Below, in pieces: positions 18,328 through 25,669 of a stretch of 38,818 nucleotides of DNA. Numbering within the stretch: position 1 is the stretch's first letter; every line of letters starts with the position of its first letter. The notes below the pieces were generated by a model that was given only the letters and a program-made list of their open reading frames with translations, was not told the origin of the DNA and made no database searches. The DNA is taken from positions 1-38,818 of IMG/VR virus record IMGVR_UViG_3300045988_111050; one strand, given 5' to 3'. The translations under genes were made by a program, and so were the position numbers. The stretch is from a virus.

Positions 18328-18603
18328 CTACTTTCTACCAAACCAACTTGACTTTTTCTGTTTGCTAAACGAAACGACAGCTTTATCCAAATCAAGCTTC
18401 ATTTTCTCGTTGGCAGCTTCCAGCTTGTCAAAGCGCTCATTTGTTGCTTGGACGTTGTGAGAGTTGACGTTTTGCATCTCTTCAATCATCTTGCCTTGCA
18501 TGTTGACTGTAGCTTTTAGCGAAGCTACTTCAGCAGCTAATGCAGCGTTCTGTCTTTCAATCGCGCGTCTTTTAGATACTTTCTTTTTAATCCGTTTGTT
18601 CAT
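18328..18603 (-). CDS. Hypothetical coiled-coil protein (91 aa), basic termini
   Basis: ORF overlaps the upstream gene by 17 nt. Heptad-like sequence. Confidence 0.55.
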   Translation of the reverse strand: MNKRIKKKVSKRRAIERQNAALAAEVASLKATVNMQGKMIEEMQNVNSHNVQATNERFDKLEAANEKMKLDLDKAVVSFSKQKKSSWFGRK

Positions 18604-18775
18604 GGTTCACCTCATATTCTAATTTTGAAATATCTTCTACCAATTTTGGCAAGACATCGATTGAATCAATTATCTTACCACCAAACAGGCCTAATTCGAG
18701 TTTTAATGTGGGTCTCCTCTCTTTGGCCATAGCCGAAAAGCTAATATCTTCAATTCTGACTTGTATTTTGCTCAT
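18587..18775 (-). CDS. Hypothetical protein (62 aa)
   Basis: ORF lies in a tight array with its neighbours. No motif recognised. Confidence 0.5.
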   Translation of the reverse strand: MSKIQVRIEDISFSAMAKERRPTLKLELGLFGGKIIDSIDVLPKLVEDISKLEYEVNHEQTD

Positions 18776-18911
18776 GTCGTCCTTTCTTGCTACTAGCTAA
18801 CGCATTTTTAGCGCCTTCAAGCAATCCAGCTAATACGATGTAGCCAATAACTAATAAAATAAGCAGGACGATGGCGCCTGCTGTGATGAATACTAAATTC
18901 CAAATAATCAT
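18750..18911 (-). CDS. Small single-pass membrane protein (53 aa), not in the ORF track
   Basis: AAGGAGATAAAATG at 18911. Translation MIIWNLVFITAGAIVLLILLVIGYIVLAGLLEGAKN... It overlaps the next ORF by 26 nt. Confidence 0.5.
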   Translation of the reverse strand: MIIWNLVFITAGAIVLLILLVIGYIVLAGLLEGAKNALASSKKGRHEQNTSQN

Positions 18912-18930
18912 TTTATCTCCTTTTTGACAA

Positions 18931-18960
18931 CAAAAAAGCGCCTAGATTACTATCTAAGCG
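18931..18960 (-). terminator. Intrinsic terminator after the MuF gene
   Basis: Minus strand: CGCUUAGAU-AGUA-AUCUAGGCG (9 bp with one G-U; a C-A mismatch on the plus strand) followed by CUUUUUUG. Confidence 0.75.
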
Positions 18961-19060
18961 TAAGATAGGCGGGACCGCCGGATGTCGCCCGCATTTCTCG
19001 ACCCACTAGCTAAGTGGCGCGTTGGAGGCGGATACTTTTCAACCTCTATCTTTACTCCAA
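18961..19060 (-). promoter_or_regulatory. GC-rich structured RNA element with P1-like closing helix and antiterminator alternative (attenuator/riboswitch-like)
   Basis: AAGAUAG (19052-19046) pairs with CUAUCUU (18968-18962), enclosing about 77 nt. The enclosed region contains hairpins CCACU/AGUGG and GUCG/CGAC and pairings CCGCC/GGCGG and GCGGG/CCCGC. CUAUCU can instead pair with AGAUAG inside the terminator 5' arm. Confidence 0.35.
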
Positions 19061-19065
19061 GTATA

Positions 19066-20481
19066 TCACATATCATCTTTAGAGTAAAGTATCTTTTGCT
19101 CACGTTTCAATTTATTTAATTTTTGTTTTTTAATTTTGTGATAATGGATGATGTAGTTACCATCATCTTTTTGTATAAGCGCCGCTTCCATTAGATATTT
19201 CAAGCGTTCAGGGACTTTTTTATAGAGCAATACCGAATTGTTATGATGATCAGAATTATCTGCAGTGTAATCTGGATCAGTAACCAATTCTTGTAACAAT
19301 AACATTTGCTCCAACGGAAATTCTGTTCCGTGCTTTTCTAAGATTTTTGCCAAATTCTTACCGGTCACTTGTACACGTTTCAGTAACTCTTCGGTCCCCT
19401 TCACACTTGGCAACTGTCCAATTGTATAGCTCTCCGCAAGACTTTGTTCGATACTCTTGTAAGGTATGTTCCCTTTTGATATATCATCCCACAAATTAGC
19501 AAGATCATCTCTTAACTTTTCAAAGTTATGACCATAAATCTTGACATCGCCATTTAGTTCCTCTTCATCTGGCATCACACCCGACCTACAACCGAAATGA
19601 AAAGGTGGAGCATTTACCCCTACCTGCATTTCGTCAATCAGATACCGCTTGTCTTCCGCATGAATTCTTTTGCAGATTTCAGTTGTCCGATTGTCCAGAT
19701 GAACCAATATTCGATAGTATTTAAGCCCTGCATCCTTGTAACGTTGGATAGCGGAACGATTGACAATCATCGTCCCGTCTGTCCTGACAAGTGTTTCAGC
19801 CCTACTGTTGGCTACTTTGTATCTTTGTGCTAAATCTCTAGCCATCGTGCGCGGGTGATCTCCACGAACAAAACCAGCCTTCAGGACTTTTTTTAAATCC
19901 TTCACTAGATTGTCTGTATTACCCCACAATTGCTGACTGTAGTTATAACCGTTGAACGGAGTTTTCACCAACTCTTTTAGTGCTGGTTCGTTGATGGTAC
20001 CAGTCCGACCGCTCATAGCTTTTTTATAGCCCATGAGTGCCATTTTTTGCAAATAGCTTTCAAACTTATCAGCAATAAGACCTCTTGCGACGCCTGCACG
20101 AAAAAGCATATCCAGCTGCAATGACTCTAATCTTGTCGCGCGTGCAGTTGTGTACTGCTCATTCAGCCTTTTAAGCAATTCTGGGTCTTTCTCGGCTTGC
20201 TCACGATACTTTCTAGCATTCTCCCGATAATCTGACAGGTCGGTGCCTTTCAAGCGTTGCAGCGCCTCCTGATAGCTCATTGCGCCGCTTTCGGAATACT
20301 TGCTAACGAAATCATAAAAGGCTTTTTGCATTTCGTTAGCTTGCTCTTGATAAACCTTGTTTAATTCTGCAAAAAAATCAATATCTTTCCGGTCTAGATA
20401 ACGAAAAATCTCATCTGACCGTTCTGACCAGTAGTCAAGATGGTTTTGATTCGATTTCTTGTTCATCATCGACCACCTCAT
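19066..20481 (-). CDS. MuF/SPP1 gp7-like minor head protein with about 165-aa C-terminal extension (nuclease/toxin-like); real start probably the ATG at 20469 or 20466
   Basis: MuF core motifs: RAETLVRTDG, DNRTTEICKRIHAED, PPFHFGCRSG. It follows the portal gene. An AGGTGG RBS lies inside the first codons. Confidence 0.85.
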   Translation of the reverse strand: MRWSMMNKKSNQNHLDYWSERSDEIFRYLDRKDIDFFAELNKVYQEQANEMQKAFYDFVSKYSESGAMSYQEALQRLKGTDLSDYRENARKYREQAEKDPELLKRLNEQYTTARATRLESLQLDMLFRAGVARGLIADKFESYLQKMALMGYKKAMSGRTGTINEPALKELVKTPFNGYNYSQQLWGNTDNLVKDLKKVLKAGFVRGDHPRTMARDLAQRYKVANSRAETLVRTDGTMIVNRSAIQRYKDAGLKYYRILVHLDNRTTEICKRIHAEDKRYLIDEMQVGVNAPPFHFGCRSGVMPDEEELNGDVKIYGHNFEKLRDDLANLWDDISKGNIPYKSIEQSLAESYTIGQLPSVKGTEELLKRVQVTGKNLAKILEKHGTEFPLEQMLLLQELVTDPDYTADNSDHHNNSVLLYKKVPERLKYLMEAALIQKDDGNYIIHYHKIKKQKLNKLKREQKILYSKDDM

Positions 20482-21964
20482 TTACGGGTTCTAGTCGCGG
20501 CTCTGGCTGTTCCAAGGCTTCTTGCTCTTTCAAACGTTCCAGCTCGTCTTCAGCATCTACACCCGTAACTTGATTCAGCAATTCAAAAATAGTCTGATCG
20601 CTGACGATACCGTACAATGACTTAATCATCTCAACGATTTCTTTTTCATTTTGCGGAACGTTCGGACTAAAAACCACAGAAGTTTCGTTGATGAGTTCGT
20701 AAGCTGTGTTTTCGTTACCTTGAATCTTCCAGATATTTACCGCTAAACGCAATCGACGCATAAGACCGGCTTCAAACAGGTCTTCTTGCTGCTCTCTGTA
20801 GTTGTCGCTAGCCATGAGCTTGTACTTCATCGACTCGCCTGACTGCGTGCCAGCGAAGCTGTTATCAAGAGTGTCCGGCGTGAAAGTGAAACGTAAAATA
20901 TCATTGACTAAGCGTTGTTTATAAGCCTCTGCGCCTGCACTATCATACGATTTAATCAAATAGCTAGCATCAGGATTCGCTCCACCCGGATTTGGATTGT
21001 CATCCAAGATGAGGACTTGAGCTTTCTTGTAAGCCTGCGACACATACAGCCGACCATTGGGATTGATTCGTCCATCTTCCAAAAAGTCATTTTCCTCTGC
21101 TCCTGTGTACGGATTTCCCTTAATCATCAAGATGGCATCGTTGCTATTTTGCTGGAAATTAGCAAGCTCAGACTGCGATAAATCATAAGCATCGATGTTA
21201 TCCAAAACCGACTCATAAGATCCTAAACGGTCCTCATTGTTGCTGTACTCGTTAACTGGCACAGCTTTAAAATAGTGCTTTTGATCATCCTTGAGAGCCA
21301 TTTTATCGCTATCTGTGGACTTCCACTCATAACTATAGATATGATCCGCAGTATAGACTTTGATAATCGTCTTACGCTTGCTGTCACCATAATCTACATC
21401 GTAGTAGTTCACAGCCATGAGTGAGTTTTGCTCGTATGTATCATCGTAAATAACAAAAGTCTGCTCTGGACTGAGTTTGTACAATTTAACCCACGCTTTA
21501 CTATCGCGCTTTGTGACTGTTAAAAGCTCGTAAGCACGGCCGTACACACACAAGTCTTTCTTGATTGAGGAATTGTGTTTCTTCTCGTTGTTTTTGGCTG
21601 AAAAGCCCTTGATATGTTCAAGGATTGCTTTGTTTTCATTCTTATAATCGACCGGATTACCCAACATGTAGCCTTGCTCGAAAATTGTAATGTACTTAGC
21701 AAAATCACTAGAAATACGATTATCTGCCGCGGTTTCGTCCGTTTTAGCAGGTCGATACTTGATATTGTTATCGCCTTTGTAATATCGTTTCAGCTCTTTC
21801 AGCCTTGGCTGCTGCTCTGCTTTGTGACGATTCACATAGCGTTTTAACTGCTCAATCCAATTGTCAGAACCATATTCGATAGCTTCAAAATCCTCAAGCA
21901 TCATCATAAAATGCTCGTTTGATCTACTGTCAAAGCGTGTGCCTTTTAAAAATTTAACTTCCAA
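20435..21964 (-). CDS. Portal protein (SPP1 gp6-like)
   Basis: 509 aa directly after TerL. TTG start 5 nt after AGGAGG. Confidence 0.85.
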   Translation of the reverse strand: MEVKFLKGTRFDSRSNEHFMMMLEDFEAIEYGSDNWIEQLKRYVNRHKAEQQPRLKELKRYYKGDNNIKYRPAKTDETAADNRISSDFAKYITIFEQGYMLGNPVDYKNENKAILEHIKGFSAKNNEKKHNSSIKKDLCVYGRAYELLTVTKRDSKAWVKLYKLSPEQTFVIYDDTYEQNSLMAVNYYDVDYGDSKRKTIIKVYTADHIYSYEWKSTDSDKMALKDDQKHYFKAVPVNEYSNNEDRLGSYESVLDNIDAYDLSQSELANFQQNSNDAILMIKGNPYTGAEENDFLEDGRINPNGRLYVSQAYKKAQVLILDDNPNPGGANPDASYLIKSYDSAGAEAYKQRLVNDILRFTFTPDTLDNSFAGTQSGESMKYKLMASDNYREQQEDLFEAGLMRRLRLAVNIWKIQGNENTAYELINETSVVFSPNVPQNEKEIVEMIKSLYGIVSDQTIFELLNQVTGVDAEDELERLKEQEALEQPEPRLEPVNEVVDDEQEIESKPS

Positions 21965-21966
21965 CT

Positions 21967-23256
21967 TTACCTCCTGAAATAATAAGACGCGTTCTTCATA
22001 CGGTCTTGTGTCGATTTGCTTTGTAAAATCCTGTCTTGCAAAGCATACCTGATAGCGTCAATACAGTGATTATAGCTATCAACCGGCTCATTGATGTACT
22101 CGTTTGTCTTCTTGTCTTTCTTCCAAGTATAGTTTTCAAGTTCTTCAATCAGCTTCACGCATCGCTCATCTACTACCCAATCGTATTGCAAGAGATACTG
22201 GATCCCTTGCATGACAGAGCCGGGGCCTTTCTGCGCATCGACAACTCGAGGGATTCCAAGATTTCGCAATTCCTGATTCGATTTCTTTTCTGCTGAATCC
22301 GCACGAATGATTTCTTTTGCATATCCTAGTGCCTTGATGCTTTCTGCTATCTTGTCATTCGTCAATCCCTTTCTTACGAACTCCTCAACGACGTATAAGC
22401 GCTTGTTAGCATCGTCTATCCTTACATGAAGCAAGGCTGAAGGGTCGTTGATGAAACCGTAGTCAAGCCCAAAATAAGCCGGCAAATGCGCCAGCTCGTC
22501 TTTATTAAGCAATCGTTTCTCATATTTTGGAAAGACTAGCTTGTCCAATGTTGCGAACTCACCCAGAGCGTAAATCTTATAGTACGCTTCGTTTCTGTTG
22601 GCCAGTTCCTCAATATTTTCGATGGTTACCTGGTCTAAAAAACGATTATCTTTGTAGGATGTATGATAGACAACCGTATTTTTTGGTTTCTTGACAAAAA
22701 AGGCGTTGTAGGTCCAATTTACCTTGGACACTGGATTAAACATCAAGAAGATTTGTTTCAGCTTGTGTTTCTTATCCCGCAAACGCAAAGTCAGCTGCGT
22801 GTAATCGTCTAGCGTGAACTCAGAAGCTTCTTCCATGACCACGTCAGACACACCCTTAATTGACTTGATTTTCTCTGGGTTATCCAATCCCTTGAAGATG
22901 AATTGGGCACCGTTTGGTAACTCAATCCGATAAGCTGAATTATTGACCTTGCATTTATCAAGTAGACCCCAAACATCCAAACATTGCTTCACATCCTCAA
23001 AGATTGAGTCATAGACCGTTGACCCCACTTTTCGCAGAAAAAGGATCTTGCGTGGGTATTTCCAATCCTGACAAGCCTTAAAGACCACCTTTTGAATAAC
23101 GCCGTGGCTCTTGCCAGAAGATGCGCCGCCGTAGTGAACTTCAGTAAAGGTAGAATAGTCATTGAGCTTGTCATATATATGTTTATTGAAAACTCTGCTA
23201 GGTCGTTCGATGACAATATTGATTTTAGGTCTAGTCTTCGTCAGCATCCCAATCAC
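21967..23256 (-). CDS. terL: Terminase large subunit (PBSX/Terminase_3-like); alternative start ATG at 23247
   Basis: Walker A-like YGGASSGKSHG, 429 aa, follows TerS with overlap. Confidence 0.9.
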   Translation of the reverse strand: MIGMLTKTRPKINIVIERPSRVFNKHIYDKLNDYSTFTEVHYGGASSGKSHGVIQKVVFKACQDWKYPRKILFLRKVGSTVYDSIFEDVKQCLDVWGLLDKCKVNNSAYRIELPNGAQFIFKGLDNPEKIKSIKGVSDVVMEEASEFTLDDYTQLTLRLRDKKHKLKQIFLMFNPVSKVNWTYNAFFVKKPKNTVVYHTSYKDNRFLDQVTIENIEELANRNEAYYKIYALGEFATLDKLVFPKYEKRLLNKDELAHLPAYFGLDYGFINDPSALLHVRIDDANKRLYVVEEFVRKGLTNDKIAESIKALGYAKEIIRADSAEKKSNQELRNLGIPRVVDAQKGPGSVMQGIQYLLQYDWVVDERCVKLIEELENYTWKKDKKTNEYINEPVDSYNHCIDAIRYALQDRILQSKSTQDRMKNASYYFRR

Positions 23257-23761
23257 CTACTTTAATTTCAATAGTCCGTTGAGTGATATCGATGTTGTTT
23301 TGATACATGCCTAGCGTCTTAGCGTACTTGTCCGATGCTGACAACATTACAGACAAGTCAGGCGGTACTTCCTTGACTGACTGATAACCTTCTCCATCAC
23401 CGACAAGCTTGACATCTTTAATCTCACGTCTGATAATTTTTGCCCAAAATTGCTGAATATCAACCGAATTAAGCAAAGAAAGCTCCGTTCTGCGCTCGTC
23501 AAAGGCATTTTTTAGCTTTTCAACGACTGGTGGGATATGTACATACTTTTCCATACCTGCTAACATATTATGAGCTGTCTTTCCTGCACTTTTCTCACTA
23601 AAACCAGCTTCTTTTGCTGCTTGCGTAGCATTTTGAAATCCGTTGGCCATGTAATTGAGCACAAAAGACCTCTGTCTGCTCCGAGAGGTTGGCCAGTCTG
23701 ACATAAGGTCATTTGCTATCGTCTTCAATTCTTCAATCGCTAATTTCTCACGGTCATTCAT
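23231..23761 (-). CDS. terS: Terminase small subunit
   Basis: HTH-like NATQAAKEAGFSEKSA motif typical of P27-type TerS. AAAGGAGGG RBS. Lies upstream of TerL. Confidence 0.85.
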   Translation of the reverse strand: MNDREKLAIEELKTIANDLMSDWPTSRSRQRSFVLNYMANGFQNATQAAKEAGFSEKSAGKTAHNMLAGMEKYVHIPPVVEKLKNAFDERRTELSLLNSVDIQQFWAKIIRREIKDVKLVGDGEGYQSVKEVPPDLSVMLSASDKYAKTLGMYQNNIDITQRTIEIKVGDWDADED

Positions 23762-23780
23762 GGCCGCCCTCCTTTCTGAT

Positions 23781-23812
23781 AAAAAAAGAGCCAGACATCA
23801 ACTGTCTAACTC
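23781..23812 (-). terminator. Strand-specific intrinsic terminator between the late regulator gene and terS
   Basis: Minus strand: GAGUUAGACA-GUUGA-UGUCUGGCUC (10 bp, two G-U that are A-C mismatches on the plus strand) followed by UUUUUUUA. Confidence 0.7.
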
Positions 23813-23825
23813 TTAATTCTTGATG

Positions 23826-23853
23826 ATACTATAATAGCACGATTGATTGACCA
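23826..23853 (-). promoter_or_regulatory. Candidate late promoter (TGGTCA-16-TAGTAT) just upstream of the terminator
   Basis: Hexamers read on the minus strand. The match to consensus is weak and the call is mainly positional. Confidence 0.3.
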
Positions 23854-23865
23854 GTGCACTTAAAT

Positions 23866-24315
23866 CTAGTTCGCATTAGTTCGCATTAGTTCGCAGTTAT
23901 CAACTACAGCACCCAATTCACGGATTGCATCTTTCTTTTTTTTGTAAAAAGTTGTCTTGCTACAATCAAGATGATCCATCATATCATACACGCTTGCTTT
24001 CTGAATATACACCATTCTTAAAATTGTTCGACTTGCAGGTTTAGGCATTTTATCAATCAATTTACTGAGCTCAATTCTACGCTGGATAGCTTCAGCAGTT
24101 GCTTGCTTCATGTACTCTTTCAAGGAATCTTGCATACTAAAAATATCGATGTAACGTTCATCTAATCGAACCCTCTGACCACCTTGAACCTTATCCATGT
24201 TCATTTTGGGACTAGAAAGTAAACTAGCTTCAAGATTAGCAAGCTCGTCTATTCGATTCTGTATTTCTTCATCCAAATTCTTTAGTTCATCAAGTAGTTC
24301 TTTAGCTTTGCTCAC
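23866..24315 (-). CDS. Late gene regulator (sigma-70 region 4 / ArpU-RinA-like HTH at the C-terminus)
   Basis: C-terminal motif ASRTILRMVYIQKASVYDMMDHLDCSKTTFYKKKKDAIRELG. GTG start 7 nt after AAGGAG. Lies immediately upstream of terS. Confidence 0.7.
   Translation of the reverse strand: MSKAKELLDELKNLDEEIQNRIDELANLEASLLSSPKMNMDKVQGGQRVRLDERYIDIFSMQDSLKEYMKQATAEAIQRRIELSKLIDKMPKPASRTILRMVYIQKASVYDMMDHLDCSKTTFYKKKKDAIRELGAVVDNCELMRTNAN
23867..23896. repeat. Three tandem copies of a 10-mer (tagttcgcat x2, tagttcgcag) at the 3' end of the regulator gene
   Basis: Read directly. The repeats encode the C-terminal residues ...CELMRTNAN. Confidence 0.9.
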
Positions 24316-24330
24316 TCTCTGTCTCCTTTA

Positions 24331-24392
24331 TGATATAATAATCTTATTGTGATTTTAGCTGAGGCAGAGAGTGTCTTGGCTTTTTTGTTTTA
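24331..24392 (+). ncRNA. Candidate cis-antisense sRNA unit A (TGaTATAAT, ATTTTAG, weak hairpin, GCTTTTTTGTTTTA)
   Basis: Extended -10 at 24331-24339. Stem 24357-24364/24374-24381 (8 bp, 3 G-U, plus-strand specific). T6 at 24381-24386. Paralogous to 33878..33940. Confidence 0.35.
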
Positions 24393-24704
24393 CCAAGTTA
24401 TATGTATCTTCTTATCAGAGACATATTCCTGTCCTGTGAATAGGTTTTTAGAATAAGTTAATTGATACCCGACTGAAAAACCCTTTCCAAGCCGTTCTCT
24501 TAACTTTTCCAATGTTCTTTCATTCTCTAATCGATTCCTGAGATATCTGTCTCTAACTGACCAAACAGCGATTAAATAGCCTGTATAACCTTTTTGAGCA
24601 GAAGTTTTTAGTTTTTCTTCTAGGTTATATCTCTTAAAATAACGCTCGAACCATTTTGCGTGACTTTCTGAGCTAAGTTGTTGTACTTCATCAAATAGTG
24701 TCAT
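24390..24704 (-). CDS. Hypothetical protein (104 aa)
   Basis: ORF lies in the operon array. No motif recognised. Confidence 0.55.
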   Translation of the reverse strand: MTLFDEVQQLSSESHAKWFERYFKRYNLEEKLKTSAQKGYTGYLIAVWSVRDRYLRNRLENERTLEKLRERLGKGFSVGYQLTYSKNLFTGQEYVSDKKIHITW

Positions 24705-24725
24705 TTTAACCCCAATCTTTTATTT

Positions 24726-24905
24726 TTATAATCTTGAAATTCCGTAGTATTCATAACCACAATATTCAGAGCAGAAACCGTACGTATTAAAATATTCATC
24801 GAATACTCCAATCTCGCTATCACAAACAGGACAATGTGTCCTGCGATATCTTTCTTCTTTGTTCATACCGCTCAAAATTTTCTTTCTACGTTGTCGTTTA
24901 TTCAT
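24726..24905 (-). CDS. Small zinc-ribbon-like protein (59 aa), not in the ORF track
   Basis: GGAGGTGGCAGAATG start with ATGA overlap onto the upstream stop. Translation MNKRQRRKKILSGMNKEERYRRTHCPVCDSEIGVFDEYFNTYGFCSEYCGYEYYGISRL, with CxxC and CxxxC pairs. Confidence 0.6.
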   Translation of the reverse strand: MNKRQRRKKILSGMNKEERYRRTHCPVCDSEIGVFDEYFNTYGFCSEYCGYEYYGISRL

Positions 24906-25618
24906 TCTGCCACCTCCTCAATCTCAATCCCTGGGCAATCAAACACCCAGCCAAAGTTAGCTTCTTCCAGCTCTTTGCGAGTGTGAGTTCGCCCTTCGAC
25001 GATGGTCCCGAGTGTATCAATCCAAATCCAGCTATCGTCATGTTTGATACGAGTCAAAACACCTCCGCTCAAAGAAACATTAGGCATTACAACCTTATAC
25101 CGCTTTTCTTTCTCGACCTCGTAGCCATCCAGCCATGCTCGAGCGAAGAGGTTTTGGTTGTTAATTTTTCTAACCCATGAAATAAGTTTGTCACTTTTAT
25201 TCCACTGTTTCATAAAATCTGGATTCATAGCAATATATAACTCTATCGGCAAATTTTCTTTACAAACCTCAATCCAATCAGCCACAAACTGCGGGATTTT
25301 GACTTTTTCAGATTCGATCATACCCTCGAACTTGCCTTGCTCATATCCCTCGCGCCATTTTGCATGACTGAAATCCCGCTCAAACTCGCCCATGATAGCT
25401 TTCAACCAGACTTCCCTGTCATGCAATGGCAATTCTCGCAAGCGAGCTAGTATGTTCTTAACATAGCGCGGTGCTTCTTCAGCATGCCCGGAAGATGGTT
25501 CGTCTAGTAGTTCTTCAAAGATTTCTTTAACATCCTCCCACCAAACCGCATAACCCTGAAAATTCCCAATTATTGTTTTTCGTTCCTCTAATTTTTCAAT
25601 CAATTCCTGCTTATTCAT
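24902..25618 (-). CDS. Hypothetical phage protein (238 aa; resembles the DUF1642-type proteins of streptococcal/lactococcal phages)
   Basis: First gene after the origin region. The motif KIPQFVADWIE is recalled from that family; low certainty. Confidence 0.6.
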   Translation of the reverse strand: MNKQELIEKLEERKTIIGNFQGYAVWWEDVKEIFEELLDEPSSGHAEEAPRYVKNILARLRELPLHDREVWLKAIMGEFERDFSHAKWREGYEQGKFEGMIESEKVKIPQFVADWIEVCKENLPIELYIAMNPDFMKQWNKSDKLISWVRKINNQNLFARAWLDGYEVEKEKRYKVVMPNVSLSGGVLTRIKHDDSWIWIDTLGTIVEGRTHTRKELEEANFGWVFDCPGIEIEEVAE

Positions 25619-25669
25619 TTTCCAACTCCATTTTGTTTATTTATTCATTTATTTGTATATTTTAAACAA

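Noticed and set aside
18961-19060. tRNA, tmRNA fragment, hammerhead or twister ribozyme in the GC-rich element
   Set aside because: It has no T-loop (GTTCRANYC) and no 7-bp acceptor geometry. It has no CUGAUGA...GAAA hammerhead core, and only a superficial GGUCCC resemblance to twister without the other conserved blocks.
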